Assembly: GCF_000002075.1 (NCBI RefSeq)
Contig: NW_004797413.1
Span: forward strand, 817,139 to 878,632
From: Aplysia californica
Taxonomy: Eukaryota
Direction of reading: 5' to 3'
DNA length: 61,494 bases
Both the position numbers and the translations under genes were made by a program. The notes beneath the pieces were generated by a model. That model made no database searches. It saw only the letters and a program-made list of their open reading frames with translations, and was not told the DNA's origin. Of the stretch, positions 50,444-61,494 are shown in pieces (the stretch's first letter is position 1; each line of letters begins with the position of its first letter).

Positions 50444-51360
50444 TCTGCTGTTGCAAGACACGTAAATGTTTGCAGAGGAACCATCTAACGCTTGAACAAA
50501 CGTTTTAACACCACTAGAATTGTCCAAGACAAGCCGAGATGTAGGCAACCAAGGGCGACAACTCGACACAATTGGGCTATTGTCAACACCCATGTTGAAA
50601 ACCCCTTTCAACTTAGTGCAGAGACTGCTTGACACTTTGGACTGTCTTGAAACATCATTATTAGACATTTATAAGATGGTGGATTTCGTGATTATCGCCC
50701 TTTATAGGGAGCCATTCTAATCCTGTTTCATTGAAGAAATCGCCAAATTTTGGCACAACAACATTGTTGATGAAATTAAAGACGTTGGTAAAGTTTTCTT
50801 TTAAGCCCTGGTTCTGGTTTTTAATTCGTTGCATTGATGAAAGAGATAAAGTGTTTAGAGAATAGAAATTTCACAAATCCAACATCCCCCCAAGAGGCCC
50901 GAAGGTGGCTGAAATGTGATGGTAGGGGGTGGAATCTCTGCTTTTTGTCGTATACATTTAGTTACTTTTCAAAGCAACCTCAAATAACGACATTATTGTG
51001 ACGAAATTCTTTGTCATGGTGACTACGCTACATGGCACGGATGATGGAACGAGCTAACAAGACAACACCCGACCACAAATGGCTACGATCAATGAAAACT
51101 TCTTCCAAACACATCAAATCGTTGTTCTGGACTGGCCTGCAAGATCCACAAGCCATAACCCAACAGAACATCTGTAAGATGACCTTGACTGGAGGATTAG
51201 AAACAGGCCGCACTCTGTACAAACTGGTCAGGAACTGAAGGCTGCACTTCACAAGGAATGGCAGGAGATTCTTCAGACAGCCATAAGGACTTCAATTCAG
51301 TCAAAGAACAGATGTTTTGTATCAGTAATTCAAGCTGGAAGAGGCCACACGCCATACTGG
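50444..51360 (+). pseudogene. Degenerate Tc1-family (DD34E) transposase
   Basis: N-terminal part SAVARHVNVCRGTI*RLNKRF...DKPRCRQPRATT (HTH and GRPR-like motif) at 50444-50800. C-terminal part QDNTRPQ...VLDWPARSTSHNPTEHL*DDL...VIQAGRGHTPY at 51058-51357, with D-34-E spacing. Many stops; the middle region is missing or replaced. Confidence 0.85.
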
Positions 51361-52070
51361 GCATATTTTGATTTTGATTTTGCAAGAGTCAGTGTGAATA
51401 AAATTATCTCCCTTGAAAAGGGCAAGACATTGTCAAGTTTTTTTTTATGTCGCGTCGGCAGAAAATGAATGAACATCGCGTGTACCAAATTTCTTTTGTC
51501 TGTGTTGAGTAGTAAATGAGTTATTGTACTTTTAAGGTAGGTGTGACAGAACTTTTGCAACTCGGTGTATATATATATATATTTATCTGTTTCAAAAGTC
51601 TGCATTGTAATTTTCCATATCCCATATCCCGACTTTAATTCTGTAAGAGCGCTCCTTCATCTCAATGGATGGAACGCTAGTTGAAGCAGGCCTCACTATT
51701 TTTGTGTAAAATAAGTGTGTAACACGGATGCAAAATACATACCATGGAACAAGGCGTCAACGCCTCTCTTCGTGCAGCGGGGAAGAGACCAACTCATTGC
51801 AAAACAGACGCTGATAAGGAGCAAAGACAATAGGACCGACAATCTCACTCAGGAAAAAATCCCCAAGGACATACCTTGTGAATCAAGCAGCTGGATCCTT
51901 CACGTCAGCAACACGCTGATAACGCTATTGTCTTAAACATTTCAAAACACTTCTCTCGAGTGAGCGTGTCTGGGCAACAATGTGATTTGTAGCAGCTGAT
52001 TATGCAGAATACAGCATACTTTTACTGATACTGCATATTATTATGAAACAGCATACATTTTTTACGGTAC

Positions 52071-52535
52071 GTGTTTTACGGCGCTTACAACTGCATAAGG
52101 CCATATGAGCGCGCGGGACACGTTGAACATTTTCAGTTGGTAGGATTTTTTAAAATTCTGCCGGGGTGGCGGCCGAAGCCTACTCATATCGATTGTGGAC
52201 CACCAAGGGATCATTAACGTGCGCAACTTGCAAACGGGACCTCCGAGATTTTTAGCCGTTATCCAAGAAGGCTAGGTGTAGATCTTACTTTCCATAAGAT
52301 CAGCGATGTGGCTGAAAGACAGCAGTATGAAGGAGACAAGGAGTAGCAGTAGAAAGGCTGCAGAAAGAGTCAGGAGCCCAGAGGAAGGGGCAAAGGAGGT
52401 GAGGGGGCGGTGGCAGAAAGTGGAGACGAAAGCAGACGACAGAACATTGCTAGAGAGCAGAAAAGTATGTGAAAGGAGAACATTTTAAAGAAGAAAATTT
52501 TTCGTAACTATCCCGAATCGAACCTGGGACTCAAC
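52071..52535 (-). mobile_element. tRNA-headed SINE family C, 5'-eroded
   Basis: Reverse complement of 60974-61494, with a B-box remnant and the hairpin tail. Confidence 0.8.
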
Positions 52536-52859
52536 ATAATTTTAATTTTACAGTATACAGCATACTGTACCAAACCACAGACCAATAGATACGGGTAAAT
52601 GCAGCATTTTATACTGTGTATTTCTTCTGTTTGAAAATCAATTTAATTACAGTACAGTCAAGCCTGCTCTAACAACCACCAGTCCACAAAATAACCCAGC
52701 CTATGCCAACTACTACATCTCTCACCCCCACCCCCCTTACGTTTTTGGTTTCTGTATTAAAATATTTTTTGGGAGGGGGGGGGGAGGTCATGACAATGTT
52801 CAAGAGGACGACTTGCCTAAGATGCCCACCTTTTCATTTGATAATGGGTGGTCGTATGA

Positions 52860-53149
52860 AGCAGGACATGGCCACCATAACAAAAAGGAGAAGATGGAGA
52901 TGGATTGGACATGTTCTGAGAAGAGAACCAGACTCTATTGTGAAGACTGCCCTCCTCTGGACACCCGAAGGACGTCGCAAAAAGGGCAGACCCAAAGTGA
53001 CCTGGAGACGCACAGTAGAGTCTGAAATGAAGTCCTGGAATCATACGTGGGGAACGCTGACCAAGATGGCCCAAAACAGACAGCGTTGAAATCCGTTTGT
53101 TGATGCCCTAAACGCCAGATGGCATAACGGGTAGTAAATAAGTATTAAG
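52860..53149 (+). mobile_element. RTE-like LINE 3' fragment
   Basis: RRRWRWIGHVLRR...ALLWTPEGRRKKGRPKVTWRRTVE followed by a TAAG-type tail. Confidence 0.85.
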
Positions 53150-53186
53150 CAGGTCAGACTGTTTATGCCATAATGCTTCTTTACCA

Positions 53187-53367
53187 GCGGGTGGTTTGCG
53201 GGTGCTCTGGTGTGGTTTGCTCCTTCTTTCCTATAAAAAATCTATCATCCTTATCTCCCCTTTTTCCCTTTTGTGTTTTTTACACTCTTGTAATACTTCT
53301 AATCTTGGGCACTTATATAACCTTATTGTGTTGCAAGTCCCGTAAAACTCTTACTAAAACTAAACTA
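53187..53367 (+). mobile_element. Family B retroposon
   Basis: 15-bp TSD aatgcttctttacca at 53172-53186 and 53368-53382. Confidence 0.85.
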
Positions 53368-53404
53368 AATGCTTCTTTACCAATCTTTGTTCAAAGAGGA
53401 TATC

Positions 53405-53590
53405 GCGGGTAGTAGGTGGGTGCTCTGGTGGGGTTTGCTTCTTCTTTCCTATCAAACATCTGTCGTCCTTATCTCCCCTTCTTCTTTTTATGTTTGTTAC
53501 TCTCTTGTAACACCGCTAATCTTCTGGCGCTCATATGACCTTATGCAGTTGCGAGCGCCGTAAAACCTCTAGTAAAACTAGAAAAATAAA
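53405..53590 (+). mobile_element. Family B retroposon, variant tail
   Basis: Same head and body, with the ggcgctc/gagcgcc hairpin tail. Confidence 0.8.
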
Positions 53591-53924
53591 AAAGGAGGAT
53601 ATCATATCAACATATCTTGTCTCCTCGCAGCTGTTCTGCCATGGATAGTACCTTCGACATTGTGCAAGACGACCACCCGTTGTAAAGGAAAAAATAAGTG
53701 ATTGTCTAAGTTAAGTGAAAATGGTGAAATGGTCTGGGTTTAACGCCCCTATCAACACTATTAGGTTATTTCAGGAGGCGGGGCCTCCTACTTTACTTAG
53801 TTAAATGGACGTCTTGGACAGTGCTATTATAGTGTAGAAAAAACCCCAAAGGGTGGGGGGGGGGGTGGAGGTTGGAAGTGGTTGTTTGTACGGGTGATAG
53901 AGCAGGTTCGACTGTATTTGTGTC

Positions 53925-54392
53925 AAAACGCGATGGAAACAGGCCCTCGTCAATTTTTGGGAATATAGAGTTATTAATATCACCATAGAGTTTGTTCATT
54001 TTTCTTGCATTTAGTAGAGGAAAAAAAACCCAACCAAACAAACAATCCAAACAAACCCATCTATCTGGAATAGAAGCCGAGATATTTGCGGTTGAAGGAG
54101 GTGGGGGTTCCTTGGTGCGAGAAGTAAAATTAGCGAGTAGAATGGCCACCAAGTTTGGTGATTTATAAAGCTTGAGTGTTCGAGATGGAAACTGGATATC
54201 TAATATTTTTCGCACCTTTATTCAACGTTTTTCGGAAACATCCATTAAGAAATGCGTTTTTGAAAGGATATAAAAGGTGTTGAACCAAAAAAGAAAATTC
54301 GAAAAAAATGGCCCTGTGCCCAGAAAAATGCCAGTTTCTTTTTATTTTAATTTCATTGTTTTGACAAGCGTCTGATTTCATCAGGCTGTCTC
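53925..54392. mobile_element. Non-autonomous DNA transposon of the 57849 family, diverged
   Basis: ggaaacaggccctcgtcaatttttggg...ttgacaagcgtctgatttcatcaggctgtctc. Confidence 0.7.
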
Positions 54393-55189
54393 AAATTTTT
54401 ATTTTAAGTCCATAAAGTTTAGTATCCGTCTGTGCATGGATAGGTCCTTGTAGACAGAACCTAAGCAGCCCACCTGCTAAATGATCGAATATGTCGTTCT
54501 GTCCCTATCGTTATATGCAAGACATATTCTGAAATTATGCAAACTGAGCCCAAAAATGCGACATTATGCGATTCTGTTAATTTCAACAAAGAATGGTAAA
54601 GGATAATAATTAGAAATTATGCCAAAAAAAGATCAAATTTTTTTAAAATTATGCGGGGTGCATAAAACCACAGGAACAGGTCGTTACAAAGTTCTATCTG
54701 ACATTTTTGGCCGTTTTGAGTTACAAAGACCATGAGTCAGAAACCAAATGTTTATCCGCTCTATCAAAAGTTGTAAGAATATTCGGAATTGTTGTCAAGA
54801 CATTCAAAGAATTGCATTCGAAAAAACGTGACAAGTGAAACTCAACATTTTTACGTCAAATTTCTGAACTCTGGGTACTGAGCAGATAAAACGTAATTCT
54901 AGGGTAGTGATGTGTCAATAGGGACGTAAAACATTTACAGTTGCATAATATTAAATGAAGAGGCCAACTTCTGAACTTGCCGATACCCACTATACTCTGT
55001 GAGTCAAGAGATTGAAGGAGCCAGAAAAAATAAAAAGGTCTAAGTCACATTGAAGTCTTTTTGAGGAAATTGAAAAAAAAAAACCATGAAAACCTGAAGC
55101 GTTTTTACCACAAAAGTTGCATGTTCTTGCCTTGTGCACTTTCGCAGGCAGGCCACACATTGTCAGTGTGTGATTTTTTCGTTGTTGGA

Positions 55190-55680
55190 ATTTTAAGACA
55201 AAGGGTAATTGATCTGCTTCCTCTTTGTGCTATGTGCAGACCTTCGGATATCAATTTTATACGGGGTGCCCACTATAGTTGGATCGGGCCGATCACCCGA
55301 CTCCATCGTCTGAAACTGAAAACAAACACGTTTGTTTTTGAGGCGATCGAGTCGGGCGATCGGCCCGGCCGAAACCATCCGTAGTGGGCACCCCGTATTA
55401 CACGTAGAGATATACAGTTCAATGAAGATGGGTCCGCAACTCTTATGTTTTTGAGGATAAAAAATGACAAAGATCGAACTGATTTTGAAGTACTCATACG
55501 CCCAGCACTGAACCCACTCGTTGAGCCCACAGCGTGTATCAGGAGTTACATGAGTAGAACACAGGACATAACACAGGGGGACGGGTCCTTGTTTCTGTCG
55601 TTACGCCTACCTAACCGCGCATTGAGCGCGACTACAATTATGTCATTGGCTGGTCACAATTTCTCTTTTCGGTCCGTAGG
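55190..55680 (+). pseudogene. Tyrosine recombinase fragment (DIRS-like retroelement or Crypton), split by a MITE
   Basis: LRQRVIDLLPLCAMCRPSDI (box I, R-x-S-D), then the MITE, then ITRRDIQFNEDGSATLMFLRIKND...PTACIRSYMSRT...LFLSLRLPNRALSATTI...SFRS. Confidence 0.65.
55260..55397. mobile_element. TA-flanked MITE
   Basis: Perfect TIR cggggtgcccacta / tagtgggcaccccg with a TA duplication. Confidence 0.85.
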
Positions 55681-56142
55681 TTCAAGAATCATAAATCCTT
55701 CTTACGGCTGTGTTTTACACAAAATAAATGCGTTTTATCAGATCATTTTTGGATTAATGCGTTGAAAATAAAACGCATTCCTACAATGGTGATCTGATAA
55801 AACGCATTTTTCTTATTTGTTTGTTTGTCTTTAGCTCAAATTCGATAAAATTTGGTATAGACATGGTTAATGAGATATATCTTCATGTGGGATATTCAAA
55901 CAAAAACAGCATTGCTATTTGTTTGCTTAATTAGCCAAAAAACACTAAATTGCGATTATCTCGAAACCTTGATTTTGAGAAAAATGCGTTTTATCAGATC
56001 ATGTCAGAATAGGCAAAGGAATGAAGGAAACCATAGATAGAGGAAGCTGGGCCAGATGGCAGGTTCACACCCCGCTCGTTTCTGCCCACAGAGGTGACCG
56101 CTGCGATGCCATGGGTAATGACCCAGATATCTCACGCCAAAT

Positions 56143-57011
56143 CATCATCATCAATCGGTGCCTTGCCGACTGGCGTGGGCGATCATAGACCTTCACTTCA
56201 CTCTGTCCCGCGTTGCAGCAATGGTGTCTTTTGTTCTTGCTGCTCCTGGCCATGTTGTCATCTTGTTCAGTATCTTTTCCCTCTGTCTGCCTCTACCTCT
56301 CTTTCCATCAAACTTGCCTGTTGTTACAATATTCTCCAATGCTTCTTTCCTCATTATGTGTCCGAAGAAATTTGCCTGTCGTTTTCTTATATTTGTCACA
56401 AGCTGTCTTCTACAATTGTCTTCAACCAGGACTTCTTTATTTGTTTTTCTAGCTGTCCATGGGATACGTAGAATGCGTCTTATGAACCACAACTCTGACA
56501 AAGTTTGGCACGACAAGATCATCGACATCGACATGCTGAAAGTCCTCAATATTGACGGGAAGGACTGAAGGATTATCAAGAACATGTACTGGGATCAAAT
56601 TGCTGCAGTGAGAATAGAAAACGACATACAGATTAAAAGAGGAGTCAGACAAGGATGTGTACTTTCTCCAGATTTGTTCTCCCTGTATAGTGAAAATATC
56701 ATGAGACAGATAGAAGAAATGCCAGGTTTCGTGATAGGGGAACATAATATAAACAATCTAAGATATGCAGACGATACAGTCCTAATAGAAGACGATGAAG
56801 AACACCTACAGAATCTATTAAATGTCATCGTACAAGAGAGTGACAACATGGGCTTAAGCCTAAACATCAAGAAAACCGAAACAATGGTGATAAGCAGAAA
56901 AACTCCAACCTCTAGAGATATTTGGGGACCATTATATCATCAGATGGGAGATGTCACACCGAAATTAAAAGCCGTATTTGCCAAGCAAAAGCAACCTTCC
57001 ACAAAATGAAA
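56143..57011 (-). mobile_element. RTE-clade LINE, 5'-truncated, with an inverted 5' part
   Basis: The - strand at 56495-56143 encodes the C-terminus (ELWFIRRILRIPW...FFGHIMR...GKRGRGRQR) and a (GAT)n tail. The + strand at 56496-57011 encodes the RT core (GVRQGCVLSP, LRYADD) with a stop and frameshifts. TSD-like cacgcc(a/t)aat on both sides. Confidence 0.9.
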
Positions 57012-57370
57012 CACGCCTAATAGGCATTTGGAAAACTCAAGAGGTTTTCTATGACAGATATGTGTACCCATTCCCCAATGAAACATTTACTGACAACATA
57101 TTATCAGCCGATGATTAATGTGAACATTATGATTTACAACTGTGGCATGGACATGTTATTGTTAAAGTAGTCCAATGGTTTGAACTGAGCAATGTTCTAT
57201 TAAAATTTGGAATTGTCTCCCAGCATTATATCTGAGCTATGGGCTCGTTTTATGCTTAACTTTTTTTTATATCTCTAAACCCTAACTGTAGAAAACAGTG
57301 TTTGGTTGGTTCTGCATTTTTTCCGATACTGACATACTTGTAATATTCTTTGGTCGAAACTTTTGTGTTG

Positions 57371-57852
57371 TAAAGCATGACGCCATAATGTACATATCAC
57401 ACGGATAAAGCATGATTCCATAATGTACATATCACACGGGTAAAGCATGACGCCCCAATGTACATATCACACGGGTAAAGCATGACGTCGTAATGTACAT
57501 ATCACATGGGTAAAGCATGACGCCATAATGTACATATCACACGGGTAAAGCATGACGCCATAATGTACATATCACACGGGTAAAGCATGACGCCCCAATG
57601 TACATATCACACGGGTAAAGCATGACGCCGTAATGTACATATCACATGGGTAAAGCATGACGCCATAATGTACATATCACACGGGTAAAGCATGACGCCC
57701 CAATGTACATATCACACGGGTAAAGCATGACGCCGTAATGTACATATCACATGGGTAAAGCATGACGCCATAATGTACATATCACACGGGTAAAGCATGA
57801 CGCCAGGGTGTACATATCACACGGGTGAAGCATGACTCCATAACGTACATAT
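57371..57852. repeat. 35-bp minisatellite, 14 units
   Basis: Unit taaagcatgacgccataatgtacatatcacacggg. Confidence 0.97.
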
Positions 57853-58289
57853 GTGAGGCAGCGTGGTGGAATCAGGCTCTCGTCAATTTTTGGGAAGATC
57901 GAGTTATTGGTATCCTCTTAAAGCCTGTTCATTTGTCTTTATTTGGGTGAAAAAATATTCATTTATCTTGAATATAAGTCGAGATAATTGCGAAACAAGG
58001 AGGTGGGGGTCACCTTTTTTCAGAGGTAAAATTAGTGGGAAAATGGCCGCCAAAGATTTGTTACTTCCTTAGCTTAAGAGTCCGCGGTAACTGAAAATTT
58101 TCATTTTTTTTGCGCCTTTAATCCACGGTTTTCAGAAAAATCCACACATGAATGAGTTCTTTAAATTGCATGAAAGGTGTAGAGCCAAAAAAAAAATTAA
58201 TAAAAATTCACAAACCTGCAGAAAAATGCATGTTTCTTCACTTTGTTTATTTCGACGAGAGCCTGATTCCACCACGCTGCCTCACATAT
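57849..58289. mobile_element. Non-autonomous DNA transposon with perfect TIRs
   Basis: atatgtgaggcagcgtggtggaatcaggctctcgtc and its exact reverse complement at the right end; ATAT may be the TSD. Confidence 0.9.
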
Positions 58290-58556
58290 TCAGTTGAAAG
58301 TGTCTCAGACAACCGCCCATTGTCAAAAAGAAAAGTGGTTGTTGTGTTAGGTAGGTGAACGATTTAGACGGTGCAATGGCATCTTTGAAAAAACGCAAGG
58401 GGGGAAATAGGAAACGATCATTTGTACAGTTGATAGTCTTAGTAGACAGGTGACCGTTAGAAAAAATCAAATTGCCTTTGACTGTGAACTGTGTGACATT
58501 ACTGGCTGAATCATTTTCCCCACTACCCCTCAAACCTTCCTCAAATCCCCCTATAC

Positions 58557-58563
58557 CCCCCCC

Positions 58564-58622
<59 letters not shown>

Positions 58623-58850
58623 CCCCCTGAAGCCTGTTCCCCTCTATCTCTCAACCCTTCATCACATACCACCCATCTTCTGTCTTTTCCACCCACTATC
58701 TCCATCCTTGAAGTGACAGCTCATTCATGGGAAAGTCTGGCCATAGGTCAAACGGATCAAAATCGATCTGTTAGCAAAATATTGTTAAAGTAATCATTTC
58801 AAGTGGCATTGTTCGTAAATAAAACATTATCTCGTCTACGTACTTATATA

Positions 58851-58941
<91 letters not shown>
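58557..58941. repeat. poly-C and (CT)n microsatellites
   Basis: 58557-58627 and 58853-58941, the second running into an N-gap. Confidence 0.95.
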
Positions 58942-60769
58942 NNNNNNNNNNNNNNNNNNNNNNNNNNNNNNNNNNNNNNNNNNNNNNNNNNNNNNNNNNN
59001 NNNNNNNNNNNNNNNNNNNNNNNNNNNNNNNNNNNNNNNNNNNNNNNNNNNNNNNNNNNNNNNNNNNNNNNNNNNNNNNNNNNNNNNNNNNNNNNNNNNN
59101 NNNNNNNNNNNNNNNNNNNNNNNNNNNNNNNNNNNNNNNNNNNNNNNNNNNNNNNNNNNNNNNNNNNNNNNNNNNNNNNNNNNNNNNNNNNNNNNNNNNN
59201 NNNNNNNNNNNNNNNNNNNNNNNNNNNNNNNNNNNNNNNNNNNNNNNNNNNNNNNNNNNNNNNNNNNNNNNNNNNNNNNNNNNNNNNNNNNNNNNNNNNN
59301 NNNNNNNNNNNNNNNNNNNNNNNNNNNNNNNNNNNNNNNNNNNNNNNNNNNNNNNNNNNNNNNNNNNNNNNNNNNNNNNNNNNNNNNNNNNNNNNNNNNN
59401 NNNNNNNNNNNNNNNNNNNNNNNNNNNNNNNNNNNNNNNNNNNNNNNNNNNNNNNNNNNNNNNNNNNNNNNNNNNNNNNNNNNNNNNNNNNNNNNNNNNN
59501 NNNNNNNNNNNNNNNNNNNNNNNNNNNNNNNNNNNNNNNNNNNNNNNNNNNNNNNNNNNNNNNNNNNNNNNNNNNNNNNNNNNNNNNNNNNNNNNNNNNN
59601 NNNNNNNNNNNNNNNNNNNNNNNNNNNNNNNNNNNNNNNNNNNNNNNNNNNNNNNNNNNNNNNNNNNNNNNNNNNNNNNNNNNNNNNNNNNNNNNNNNNN
59701 NNNNNNNNNNNNNNNNNNNNNNNNNNNNNNNNNNNNNNNNNNNNNNNNNNNNNNNNNNNNNNNNNNNNNNNNNNNNNNNNNNNNNNNNNNNNNNNNNNNN
59801 NNNNNNNNNNNNNNNNNNNNNNNNNNNNNNNNNNNNNNNNNNNNNNNNNNNNNNNNNNCCCCCTTTCAGTTAAATGTAGAGTCGAAATTTTTTTCTTAAC
59901 CAAGATTCAAACCTTTGTACCTTGGATAAGAAAGATTGCGCAATTTAGCAGCGAAATAAATGGTGATTCAGAAATAGCATTATAATGCTTGTTGCAATCT
60001 CGTCGCACGCATCTGGACAGAATGCAGAAATTTAGAGTGTAGCTTCTTTTGACGTGTAAGGGCTGTAGACAAAAAAGGCCAAGTTAATCCATTTCATTAT
60101 TAAAGTGATTGGTCGAATGCCCTTATTCTGAAAGGCACAAATCAAATGACTTCCAGCCCCGATCGTCTTACTCCACAAAAGTCTGTCCCATTCTGAAATG
60201 TCTTAAATTAATGTCACATTAAGTTTTAAGGTGACTTGTTATTTGTGCATATGCTACAGTGACAATCTATTAACTGCTATTTCTGCACCAAAACGTTTGG
60301 TTTTACCATTATTTTGGCCATAAAACTTAGGTAATGAACTTTAGCTATGATTACATGCGCAAAGTATAAGGAAATTAGAACACACGTGTGACATAACTGA
60401 GACACATGCCCAAAGCTTAAGAAAGCATATCGTAAACTTGATATGTAGCAGGTAAATTCAAATCAAACACATCAAATTATCTCAGTTAAACATATTAGAC
60501 CTAGATTTCTAGATTGGTTATTTTAAATGGGGGATAAGAGAGGGTCTCATGGAGAGTGTTTCAACGAAATTACAACACCATAATATACTGACTGAAAAAT
60601 AAGCAACAGACTTGTGGTTTATTACGAGACTTTTGAAAGTTTCAAGGAAAGTAAAACAACAAATCCAATGAGGAAGTGCCAAAAGAAGCCGGGGTGGGCT
60701 ACTCACTAATAAAAACAATTAGGTAGACGCACCATTCATGCAGTTCAAAGACATTTAATTTGATTTGAC

Positions 60770-60972
60770 ATTTTACAAAACGAAACCCTTGAACACCTTG
60801 ATCTCAATGGAAAAAACAGAAGGCAAACGAGGCAGAGGAAGACAAAGAGCAACTTAAACAGGTGAGTAACGGGAAAGACCGGGCAGGACAACAGTTGTTT
60901 TTTTTTTATAGGCATCCGAACAAAGAAATGATTGGCGAACCATGATCGTCCATGTCTGTTTAAGATGTGGCA
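60770..60972 (+). mobile_element. Highly degraded RTE 3' remnant
   Basis: PLEHLDLNGKTEGKRGRGRQR and WRTMIVHV motifs. Confidence 0.55.
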
Positions 60973-60973
60973 A

Positions 60974-61494
60974 GGGGGCTCTTGTGGTCTGGGGGTTAAA
61001 GTGTTTGCCTCTCATTCAATAGGTCCCGGGTTCGAAGCCTGACAGCGACAGAAAATTTTCTTCTCTAAAATGTTCTCCTTTCACCTCCTTTCCTGCTCTC
61101 GTACCATATTCTGTCATCTGCTTTCGTCTCCAATTTCTGCCAACACCCCATTCCCCCTTTTACCACTCCTTTGGGCTCCTCACTCTTTCTGCAGCCTTTT
61201 TTACTGCTACTCCTTGGCTCCTTCGTATTGCTGTCTTCAACCACATCCCTGATCTTATGGTAAGTAAGATCTAGCACCTAGCCTTCTCGTAAAAGGTCGA
61301 AAAATCTAGGAGGTATCGTGTGCAAGTTGTGCACGTCTAAGATCCCTTGGTGGTCCAAAATCGAAATGCGTAGATCTTGGCTTCGGCCGCCACCAGAGCA
61401 AAATTCAAAAATAATTCCTACCGACTGAACATGTTTAAAGTGTCTCGCGCGCTCATATGACCTTATGGAGTTGCGAGCGCCATAAAACACTTAC
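60974..61494 (+). mobile_element. tRNA-headed SINE family C
   Basis: A-box-like tggtctggggg, B box ggttcgaagcc, a body shared with 52071-52535, and the shared hairpin tail. Confidence 0.8.

Noticed and set aside
53526-53575. Hairpin plus CTAG as a Helitron 3' end
   Set aside because: The CTAG is not conserved in other copies, and long TSDs with A-rich tails indicate retroposition.
46838-54905. One large inverted-repeat element spanning the TE-rich block
   Set aside because: The shared segments are not in mirror order and are diverged, so independent dispersed copies fit better.
57371-57852. Regular 35-bp array as a CRISPR array
   Set aside because: The units are contiguous with no unique spacers, there are no cas genes, and the context is eukaryotic. 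The same applies to the arrays at 27030, 21555, 6858 and 4440.

Overview
This is animal genomic DNA: GT-AG introns, microsatellites and six N-gaps. The GPCR type and repeat content suggest a gastropod mollusc (inference). Four genes are supported. (1) A CENP-F-like giant coiled-coil gene on the - strand starts at ATG 14970 and runs off the left edge; it has two exons of about 3.4-3.5 kb. (2) TAF8 on + has 6 coding exons (26287-31583). (3) CAMKMT on - has 11 coding exons (43146-34332). (4) An intronless class A GPCR lies at 45093-46154. The rest is retroposons, MITEs (including a nested cluster), fossils of Tc1, tyrosine-recombinase and RTE elements, and minisatellites. I found no CRISPR array or prokaryote-type system, and no clearly new multi-gene system. 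The most interesting signals are: an exact 274-aa periodicity and a possibly duplicated giant exon in the CENP-F-like gene; three cases of duplicated 5' splice junctions; a GPCR whose stop codon lies inside a dispersed repeat; a covarying 3' hairpin shared by three retroposon families; and an RTE insertion with twin-priming geometry. Family assignments come from motif recognition, not database searches.
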